DNA of 20,000 bases from the IMG/VR virus record IMGVR_UViG_3300031993_000052, positions 55,478 through 75,477 of that record. One strand, given 5' to 3'. Below the pieces are notes generated by a model. It was not told the origin of the DNA. It searched no databases and saw only the letters and a program-made list of their open reading frames with translations. Both the position numbers and the translations under genes were made by a program. This document shows, piece after piece, positions 12,737 through 20,000 of this stretch; positions within the stretch are counted from its first letter, which is position 1; every line of letters begins with the position of its first letter. This DNA comes from an uncultured virus (IMG/VR IMGVR_UViG_3300031993_000052). Its lineage: Duplodnaviria; Heunggongvirae; Uroviricota; Caudoviricetes.

Positions 12737-15637
12737 TTATTTTTTGTTTTGACGTGATTTTGGTTGTGATGAAATCAAGACTTGCATATTGTCTTTCGGA
12801 TGGTTTTTGCCGAAGTCAATCAAAATCTTCGTGTATTCTGGTTTCGAGTTTGTGTTCATCAGGTCGCAGTATGCGTATATGCCTGCGATGAGGTTCACAA
12901 CTCTTCCGCCGTCCGCTTGGTCTGAATAGTTGTTCTCAAGGAACTGTATGATTTTTTCGAGTTCATACGGCGGGATTGGCTTGCGTATGCTGTATCTGTT
13001 TTCAATTTCTTTTCTCAATGTGTTGGTGCATACGACTGCTGTTGCATCGACCTGCATAGTCGGGTTCTTTATGACATCGTCGTAGTCGAGGTCGAAGAAT
13101 GCGCCGTTCACATTGTCGAGGTATGCACTTACATAGTCGTCTGCGATGTTTGCAGGAAGGTACATACCGACGATACGGCGGAAGATGTTCGTTCCCTTGA
13201 GTTGGTCGTACGTTTTCACACCCTGTCGTTTGCATTCCCTGTTGAGTGCCGCGATGCAGTTAGTCCAGTTTCTCGGAGTGCATTTTCTCACACCCTTTCT
13301 GTCTCGCAATGCCTCTGGGTCGATGTTGTGCCAACGTGACTTCGGACCGTCTGCGTCGAATTGGAGGTATTGGAGGGTGAAGTCGTCGAATCCGCCTTTG
13401 TCCTTTGCCCATTTGCGCCATTCTTGGAATTTCGGCACAAAGTTGCAGGCACAGGTTCTGTCTGAAAGTGCGGCAGGCATTCTCTCGAAGTTTTCCTCAA
13501 CTTTAAGGTCGTCCGTAGGACGGTTGGAACATCCCATACAGAACCATTTTGAACCGAGTTTGTAACCTGACGCCGTTTCACGTTCCATCATAATCTGGGC
13601 GATGCCGAACAGTGTGTCGGGGTCGCAACGCAGGAACTCGTCGAAGATGATGATTCCGCCACCGCCGCGCACTTCAGTTTTAATGAGATTTTTGTTTTCA
13701 TCGTAAATGGCGTTGACGTGTCCGTTTGCGACGTCGTTTCTAACCTTGTCGGTTTCATCGTCGCCTGTCGGGATGAACATCGGCAACCAAGTTTTCGGCG
13801 CGTCCGATGATTTGGCACTGACGATTTTCACCAATTCGCTTGTCTTTGTAATGCCTGTTGCTTTCATCCATCTTTGAATGACAGGGTTGTTCGCTGCTTC
13901 GGCGATGTTGTTTTCGTCTATTTTGACGGGCATAGGCATAGAAAGGTCGCCCGCCTGCAAGGATGAGCAGTCTATTACGATGATTGACATCTTATCACCT
14001 TCGTCACCGCCGTTCTTTTCAATTTCCGCATTCACTTCTTTGATGATTGTCTTCGGGATTGTGGTCTTTCCGATACCAGGCGCTCCCCATACGATGAACG
14101 GGTTTTCCTGCGACGCTCCGTATTTAACCACATCGTCGAGGCAGGTTCTGATATGTTCGGTGAGTTCTTCAGTGTTCCAATCGTCGAGGTCGATGTTGTA
14201 GTATTCTTGGTCGTCAATGTCATCCGTTGCGTGGAGACCGACACGTCTTTCGTTGACTTCGACGGATTCCTTGAGACTTCTGCGGGTTCCTTTCGGTTTG
14301 AACACTTCAAGGAATTTGATGAAGTTGCTGTATTCTTGACTTCCGTCTTTCATTTCTTCGTAATACCCCTGTTTGTCAGGATAGTTTACGCCCTTTCCAT
14401 ATTCGGCATATACACCGTTGATTGGATTTTCTTTGAGAGATGTCACGATGTTTTGAGGAAGGTTGGCGCCGAACAAGTCCATAGTCTTGTCGAATAACAT
14501 TATGAAACCGTCTTTCAGTTTGATACCGACGCTTTTCAAAGATTCTTTGATTTTATTGAATGCTTTTTTGGCGAAATCACCGATTTTGCCTTCGTTCACA
14601 CCGTAGCGTTCGTTAATGAACTGTGATGTTGACATCACATATTTGTTGTTGCTTTCTTCCTGTTTCATTGCTGCTTGAAGTCTATATTGTTTGTTTTGTT
14701 GAAGTTTTTGTTTCATTTCATCCGGGTTTCCGAATATGACTTGGAAATGTTTCTTTCCTACTTCTGCGTCATCCGACGCGGACTGCCCGATTATGGGAAG
14801 GTATCCAAGTTGCGGGTTTATTGTATCTTCCCATCCGTCGATTATGTATTGCTTGTCGAAATCGCAGGCACAGAACATATTTACAATGTTTGTCGCCCTT
14901 TTAAGTTCCCAATCCTTGATGCTGTCATTGTTGAATGTCGATTTATAGAACATACCTTCAAAGATTGTTCCTTTCGACACGTTCCAATCGCTCAAGTCGA
15001 CATTCGGGAGGTCTTTGAAAGCAAAGACCGCGGTAAAGTCCCTGACGTCTGTCACATCGAACAATGAATACGGAAGTATTGCGTCTTGGGTTGTGAGTCC
15101 AGGATATTCTCCGTTGATGAGCATATTGTATGTCAAATCCGATGCGTAGTTGATGTCGTCATAGTCGCCTTTTATGTATGCGCTTCCGTTTTTGTCGGTG
15201 TTGATGACGCGTTTTGATTGCTGCGGTGCCACTGTTGTGTTTCGCTTGCTTGTTGAATTTTGTTTTTTCACCTGCGACTTTTCAATGTCGTCCGTTGTGT
15301 TGTATTCCTTTTCGTCATCATCATCGTCATTTTCAGTTTCATCGTCAGGGATGTCGTCTTCAAATTCGGACATTGCCTTCTGATAGTCGCTCCAAGCGTC
15401 CTCGTTGATTGGCTCCCCGAATGGTTTTGAGTTCAACATTTCATTGACAGAAACTGTCACTTCGTTTTCATTTTCTGAAATAAACTGCTCATACAGTTTT
15501 TTTATTTCTGAAAGCGGAAGGGTTTTGTCGATTTTCCCCCAAAAGTTCTCCGCCACGAACTTTGTGGCGTGTGACATATTGTAGATGTTTGCGTTCATAT
15601 CTTTGTCTTTATTATATTGTATGTTAAGGTTATTCAA
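12737..15637 (-). CDS. MoxR-like AAA+ ATPase with N-terminal DUF285/BspA-like repeats
   Basis: Walker A WGAPGIGKT, Walker B IIIFDE, sensor CSNR, PAALSDR and TPRNW; DLSDWNVSK...FEGMF repeats. Confidence 0.85.
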   Translation of the reverse strand: MNNLNIQYNKDKDMNANIYNMSHATKFVAENFWGKIDKTLPLSEIKKLYEQFISENENEVTVSVNEMLNSKPFGEPINEDAWSDYQKAMSEFEDDIPDDETENDDDDDEKEYNTTDDIEKSQVKKQNSTSKRNTTVAPQQSKRVINTDKNGSAYIKGDYDDINYASDLTYNMLINGEYPGLTTQDAILPYSLFDVTDVRDFTAVFAFKDLPNVDLSDWNVSKGTIFEGMFYKSTFNNDSIKDWELKRATNIVNMFCACDFDKQYIIDGWEDTINPQLGYLPIIGQSASDDAEVGKKHFQVIFGNPDEMKQKLQQNKQYRLQAAMKQEESNNKYVMSTSQFINERYGVNEGKIGDFAKKAFNKIKESLKSVGIKLKDGFIMLFDKTMDLFGANLPQNIVTSLKENPINGVYAEYGKGVNYPDKQGYYEEMKDGSQEYSNFIKFLEVFKPKGTRRSLKESVEVNERRVGLHATDDIDDQEYYNIDLDDWNTEELTEHIRTCLDDVVKYGASQENPFIVWGAPGIGKTTIPKTIIKEVNAEIEKNGGDEGDKMSIIVIDCSSLQAGDLSMPMPVKIDENNIAEAANNPVIQRWMKATGITKTSELVKIVSAKSSDAPKTWLPMFIPTGDDETDKVRNDVANGHVNAIYDENKNLIKTEVRGGGGIIIFDEFLRCDPDTLFGIAQIMMERETASGYKLGSKWFCMGCSNRPTDDLKVEENFERMPAALSDRTCACNFVPKFQEWRKWAKDKGGFDDFTLQYLQFDADGPKSRWHNIDPEALRDRKGVRKCTPRNWTNCIAALNRECKRQGVKTYDQLKGTNIFRRIVGMYLPANIADDYVSAYLDNVNGAFFDLDYDDVIKNPTMQVDATAVVCTNTLRKEIENRYSIRKPIPPYELEKIIQFLENNYSDQADGGRVVNLIAGIYAYCDLMNTNSKPEYTKILIDFGKNHPKDNMQVLISSQPKSRQNKK

Positions 15638-17636
15638 AATCTTCTGTGTCCTTTCTTACGATTATCGAATCGCGGAGCGGTTCTCTCCAATCCCTTCCGC
15701 ATTTGAAGTATTGTTCAAGCGTACCGCTTGTGAAAGTACCCCAGTTGACACTGACTTGCTCGTCATTCACCTTTGCCTCTTCAAATGTCTTTTCGATGAT
15801 TTCGATGACTTCATCAACGCATTCAGGCGGAACAACCCAACCTTCATCGTTAGTGTCCCTTATCTGTATGAGTTTGTCCTTTATTTTAGACCAAATTGCA
15901 AGGACAGGAGGTGCGATTCTGACAAAATACGTCCTTCTTTTGATTGCTTCCCATTGACCGCCCATCATCTTTGCAAGTTCTTTCTGTGTCATATTCGTCA
16001 TTATAATGAACCTGCTCATAACTTCGGTTTCATTTGGAACCTTGCGTTCAACCGTAGTTTGGTTCTCTTCGGTGTCATCGTCGGATGTGTGTCTTTTTGA
16101 AGAGCTTTTCGCTTTGTTTATTTTGCCAGGGCATTCTTTGAAGTATCTTTTTTTGCAGTTCATAATGTCGCCGTTTGTCACTTCACGCATACTGTAGAAA
16201 CCTCCGCCGCCGCCTTCGTTTGCGTTCGGTGCCTCGATGGTCACAAAATCATCACCCTTTGCCTCAAGGACGTGCAGCCACAAAGACCGTTGGTATGCCG
16301 TTTTGAACAAGTCGGCTGTGTCGTCGAACACAAGAACCCTTCCGTTGTTATGGTATATGAAACTGTAGAGTTCCTTTGCGTTGCAGGCGCCGCTCCCCCT
16401 TTCTGCATAGTCTTTCACCTTTTTCAGACCCATACTGTCCTTGATGCTTTCCCAAGTGTAGGATTTTCCGATACCGCCAGTTCCAGAAACAAAGACGGCT
16501 GAAGCACCGACGTGAAGGTCTTTGAGTTTTTCGGGTCTTGTCTTTTTGCAGAATTTCACAAGTTCCTCGATTTGGAAATGAAGTTCGTCCAAATCTTTGA
16601 AATATCTGTCCGTAAGTTTTTTGAACTGCTTGAAGTCCATATTGAAATATTGGAGCATAGACGTGTCTATTCCCCTGTATGTCGCAGGTGTCTGCAACTC
16701 TGTGATGTAGTTGCATTCTTGGACTTCAACTTCGCTGTGTTCTTCCGTTTCAACATCCATACCGAATTTGTCCATATCAAATATGCAGCGTACTATTGCC
16801 GTGCAGGTTTCAAGACCAGCGCCTTTCCAACCTTTCGGTACGGATTCCAAATTTGCGATTATTCTTTTGTAATCTTTCGCCTGATTGTCTTTTCTTTGGA
16901 AAATCTGCACCAAAATCGCAGGGTTCGTCACCTTTTCCTGTCTTATGATTTCTGCAAATTTCTTAATACCTTCAATGGTTACTGCGTCTGCGCTGACACG
17001 TCCCTCCCTTTCTTTTCCGTCAGTTCTTATGAACCTTTCAATCGGAGCGAATATATCGGATTTTTTTATTTCGCGATAATATTGCGAAGCGTTTGTGTAT
17101 TCAAGTTTTTCATTGATTGAACCCTCGAAACCTGTATTGTTGTTTTCGTAAACACCTTTGAGATAAATGTCCGGATTGTTTATGATTTCAAACATAAACG
17201 AGAACATCCTGACAAGTCCCATTTTGTTTGAACTTACCGTATAGTCTGCGGTCTGCTCCTTTTTCGTGGTGTCGAATTTCGTATAATATCTTATGATTGC
17301 CGATGTTCCATTCTGTGTGGGCGATATTGAAACCGCGCTTTCGTCCTTTCCGCTGAAAACCAAAATGGTGTCAAGACCGTCAATGCTTTTGAAAAATGTG
17401 TGTGTGTATGCGTTCCAACCGCATTTTCTGTTTACAAGCGAAACAAATTCATCCGCGATTTTTTTCATTTTCGGATTGTCCGCAACAACGAGTTTGGGGT
17501 TCGTTTCACTCCCTGAATTGATGAAATCATTGAGTATGGTGTCAACGTCAACTCCGTCATCACCGTTCGCTTCCATAACAGGTTGTGTATAGTCGGCGAA
17601 TTTTTTCGAGTCGATTATCTCTGAAAATTTTTTCAT
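15630..17636 (-). CDS. P-loop/AAA-type ATPase
   Basis: Walker A SGTGGIGKS, Walker B VLVFDD, FIIMTN, AIKRR; overlaps the next gene by 8 nt. Confidence 0.8.
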   Translation of the reverse strand: MKKFSEIIDSKKFADYTQPVMEANGDDGVDVDTILNDFINSGSETNPKLVVADNPKMKKIADEFVSLVNRKCGWNAYTHTFFKSIDGLDTILVFSGKDESAVSISPTQNGTSAIIRYYTKFDTTKKEQTADYTVSSNKMGLVRMFSFMFEIINNPDIYLKGVYENNNTGFEGSINEKLEYTNASQYYREIKKSDIFAPIERFIRTDGKEREGRVSADAVTIEGIKKFAEIIRQEKVTNPAILVQIFQRKDNQAKDYKRIIANLESVPKGWKGAGLETCTAIVRCIFDMDKFGMDVETEEHSEVEVQECNYITELQTPATYRGIDTSMLQYFNMDFKQFKKLTDRYFKDLDELHFQIEELVKFCKKTRPEKLKDLHVGASAVFVSGTGGIGKSYTWESIKDSMGLKKVKDYAERGSGACNAKELYSFIYHNNGRVLVFDDTADLFKTAYQRSLWLHVLEAKGDDFVTIEAPNANEGGGGGFYSMREVTNGDIMNCKKRYFKECPGKINKAKSSSKRHTSDDDTEENQTTVERKVPNETEVMSRFIIMTNMTQKELAKMMGGQWEAIKRRTYFVRIAPPVLAIWSKIKDKLIQIRDTNDEGWVVPPECVDEVIEIIEKTFEEAKVNDEQVSVNWGTFTSGTLEQYFKCGRDWREPLRDSIIVRKDTEDFE

Positions 17637-17661
17637 ATCTTTGTGTTTATTTTTTTATTCA

Positions 17662-17700
17662 AAAACAAAAATGCGGCACATTGTGCCGCATATATTTATA
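17662..17700 (-). promoter_or_regulatory. TATAAATA late promoter abutting a terminator hairpin
   Basis: TATAAATA (17693-17700), then ATGCGGCACA-A-TGTGCCGCAT and a T tract. Confidence 0.65.
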
Positions 17701-17734
17701 TGATTTGAAAATTCAGAGATATATCAGTGATATA

Positions 17735-18634
17735 TCAATCCTTTTTGGACTGCCTTCGCTCTGACAACCAATCCATATAGTCGTCAAGTGCTGTGGGACA
17801 GTATTTTTCGATGAGGTCTTTGCTCCACCATTGGAAGTGACCGCTCTGCGGCATAGGTTCGTTGAATGAAACCTCTATGCCCATTTCGTTGTAGAGTTCA
17901 TCGAACCCCTCAAGACCGAAGTCGTATCCGAGTCTCGCCGCCACCATAAACTTTTGGATGAGGTCGAACAGTTTCGGTTTTGAGTTCTCGGAAGGAACGC
18001 CTCCGCAGTAGTAACGCCAATCGAGCATAAGTTTGTAGTCCTTCTGTGTATACTTCATCTGCGTGATATACTCGAACGCAAGTCCAAGTCTGTTGAGCAT
18101 TTCCTTGTGCACTTTCGTCGCCTTGATGCTCCGCTCGACCGACGTGTTCAGGATTTTGTCGAACTCTTCGTCGTCGGTGCCCTCAAGTTCTATGTTCATA
18201 TTCCTTGTCCATTCAGGTATCGGCATAGTGTCGTCGTATGAATTGATGACGCTGTCAAGGAACTTTTCCCTCATACATTGGTCAAACATTTTCTGCTTGA
18301 CGTTTTCTTCATACTTTTCCCTGTTCTTGTCTGTGAACTCGCCCATCCTAATTTTAGTCATAATGGTGACAATTTCCTTGTACTGCTGTTTCGACACATT
18401 GATACCGAGCATATCGCTGACGGTCGTGTAATCCTCCTCCATAATGGCATTGGTCTCGTCAAGCATCGCCTGCATCTCCTCAATGCCGACTTTGAGAAGG
18501 ACTTGGACTTTCATACGCCAATCCATTTCGTCAGGAATACCGACCTTGTTGGACACGTCAAGGTATGCTTCCATCGCCTTGGTAAGCCGTTTGTTTGTTT
18601 TTTTGTTTTCCTTTTTGTCTTTTTTATCTTTCAT
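17735..18634 (-). CDS. Hypothetical helical protein (~299 aa)
   Basis: Long ORF; ATG at 18634 preferred over TTG at 18658; no recognised motif. Confidence 0.75.
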   Translation of the reverse strand: MKDKKDKKENKKTNKRLTKAMEAYLDVSNKVGIPDEMDWRMKVQVLLKVGIEEMQAMLDETNAIMEEDYTTVSDMLGINVSKQQYKEIVTIMTKIRMGEFTDKNREKYEENVKQKMFDQCMREKFLDSVINSYDDTMPIPEWTRNMNIELEGTDDEEFDKILNTSVERSIKATKVHKEMLNRLGLAFEYITQMKYTQKDYKLMLDWRYYCGGVPSENSKPKLFDLIQKFMVAARLGYDFGLEGFDELYNEMGIEVSFNEPMPQSGHFQWWSKDLIEKYCPTALDDYMDWLSERRQSKKD

Positions 18635-18661
18635 AGTATGGTTGTTTTGTTTATTCAAAAA

Positions 18662-19093
18662 TCACTTGACAAAAGTCCTTTCCCCGTATAGATGCTTCAG
18701 CGACACAACAAGGTACAGTTTCATAGGAAACGATGATGAATAGTGGGGGTTTTTCATATATGCGCACACAGGCGCCTTGTCTGCAATGTCTTTGCCATAG
18801 GTCTTGACAACAGTCCCCTTTGAGACAAGTTCAAGTTTTTCCACATTTTCCCTGACAACTCTTGCAGCGTCGTTTCTTGCCTTTTTTGTATCCTTTTCGA
18901 CAAATACACTTGTGAGAAGCATCCAACTTTTTTTCAACCTTTCGTTGGTTATGAGTATCTTGTCGTTTTCAAGGTCTGCAACTGCCATATATACTCCGAC
19001 AGGCAACTCCATCAATTCATCCCTTCGCCATTTGTATTCTATGCAAATAACTTCTGATAATTGCTCTGCAAAGTCCGAATCGCTGAACCTCAT
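18662..19093 (-). CDS. Hypothetical protein (~143 aa)
   Basis: ATG at 19093 just after the upstream stop avoids a 200-nt overlap. Confidence 0.7.
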   Translation of the reverse strand: MRFSDSDFAEQLSEVICIEYKWRRDELMELPVGVYMAVADLENDKILITNERLKKSWMLLTSVFVEKDTKKARNDAARVVRENVEKLELVSKGTVVKTYGKDIADKAPVCAYMKNPHYSSSFPMKLYLVVSLKHLYGERTFVK

Positions 19094-19106
19094 TTCGGTT
19101 GTTTTA

Positions 19107-19622
19107 TTAGTTTCCTTTTCTGAATGTGATGTAGTCCCCTGAACTTTCCTTCGCGTCAAGTTCATTTTTGAACGGAAGGTCGTCATAATCCATATTGTCG
19201 TTGTATGTATATACAACACTGCCGTCGCCGAAAAGATAGTTGAGCAATGTCTCTTTGGACTCAAGAACCGCTCCGACAAAGTTGCTTGTTCCGCCGCCGT
19301 GGTCAATGTAGTGCCAATCGCCGCTTTGCGGTTTTACAAACACCGCTTCGCAACCGTTTTCGGCAAGCGTGTTTTTGATAAAGTCCATACCCGTTGTGGT
19401 GATGTCTCCGATTACACACCCGTCCACACTGTACATTGCGGTGTAGAGATAGGAACCCCTTTCAACAGGTGTCGAAAGTTTTTCCACTTCCCATCCGTAT
19501 TCACCCATATAAAATTCAAAGCATTTGGGGATTTCCATTTTTTGCGGTGCCGCGGCAATCGCGATTGTATGCACTGAACTTGAATTGGTCTCGAAGACCG
19601 ATTTTCTGATTTGCTGTTTCAT
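19107..19622 (-). CDS. Conserved phage hypothetical protein (FETNSSSxH motif family)
   Basis: N-terminal IRKSVFETNSSSVH and internal YIDH. Confidence 0.75.
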   Translation of the reverse strand: MKQQIRKSVFETNSSSVHTIAIAAAPQKMEIPKCFEFYMGEYGWEVEKLSTPVERGSYLYTAMYSVDGCVIGDITTTGMDFIKNTLAENGCEAVFVKPQSGDWHYIDHGGGTSNFVGAVLESKETLLNYLFGDGSVVYTYNDNMDYDDLPFKNELDAKESSGDYITFRKGN

Positions 19623-19643
19623 AATTTAACGGAATTTAATAGT

Positions 19644-20000
19644 TTAACTGTGATAATAGTTGCCGATGATATGAATGCCCTGTTCTGTGGAATCGTGCTC
19701 GAACGGTGAATCGCAGTCGTTGTTCCTGATGTAACTGTTGTAGAACTCGTCGTATGTCATCCACATCCCGTCGTCAATGCTCATTTCGGTTTCCTTGTAA
19801 AGGTCAAGACCCATATTTTTCCATTTCGCGGTTTCACTGTTGTAGTGTTTTTCCTCGAATGTATAGCAATCGTAGTCTTTGTCGCGGTTCTCGAAACTTT
19901 TTTTGTATAGTTCGAGCGATTTCACCCGTTCGTCCACGATTTTCTGCAACAATAACGCATTCTCCATTGCCGCACTGCTGTTGTCTTCGGTGAACTCAAG
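19644..20000 (-). CDS. Hypothetical protein, 5'-truncated by the window edge
   Basis: Frame stays open from 19967 to 20000 (LEFTEDNSSAA-MENAL...). Confidence 0.7.
   Translation of the reverse strand, partial: LEFTEDNSSAAMENALLLQKIVDERVKSLELYKKSFENRDKDYDCYTFEEKHYNSETAKWKNMGLDLYKETEMSIDDGMWMTYDEFYNSYIRNNDCDSPFEHDSTEQGIHIIGNYYHS

Noticed and set aside
19094..19306. N-terminal extension of ORF 18662-19306
   Set aside because: Overlaps the conserved 19107-19622 gene in another frame; ATG at 19093 is more plausible

Overview
This 20 kb window most likely comes from a large T4-like/jumbo bacteriophage, with a Bacteroidota-like host tentatively inferred from a boxA variant and mostly SD-less AT-rich leaders. 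Nearly everything is on the minus strand. Positions ~870-8950 form one RNA-gene island led by an rRNA-type boxB/boxA signal. It holds 26 recognisable tRNAs (tRNA-Tyr has a 73-nt insertion in the anticodon loop; no canonical Val or Cys), six aberrant tRNA-like genes, about ten structured spacers closed by terminal inverted repeats (up to ~420 nt) and a free-standing homing endonuclease. It also carries a dispersed family of ~55-75 nt RNAs (AAAG-stem-CAGCAA...stem-CTTGT), several of which display isolated anticodon stem-loops (Lys-UUU, Asn-GUU, Tyr-GUA, Trp-CCA); a circularly permuted copy of the same module sits inside a tRNA body. The island ends at a 2H phosphoesterase (Acb1/gp57B-like). Positions 9385-17636 are a four-gene block behind a TATAAATA late-type promoter: AAA ATPase, DUF285+MoxR-like AAA, HEXXH peptidase, and coiled-coil+VWA protein, with motifs suggesting capsid packaging. 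The rest is phage hypothetical genes. All calls were made by eye; no searches or folding programs were run.
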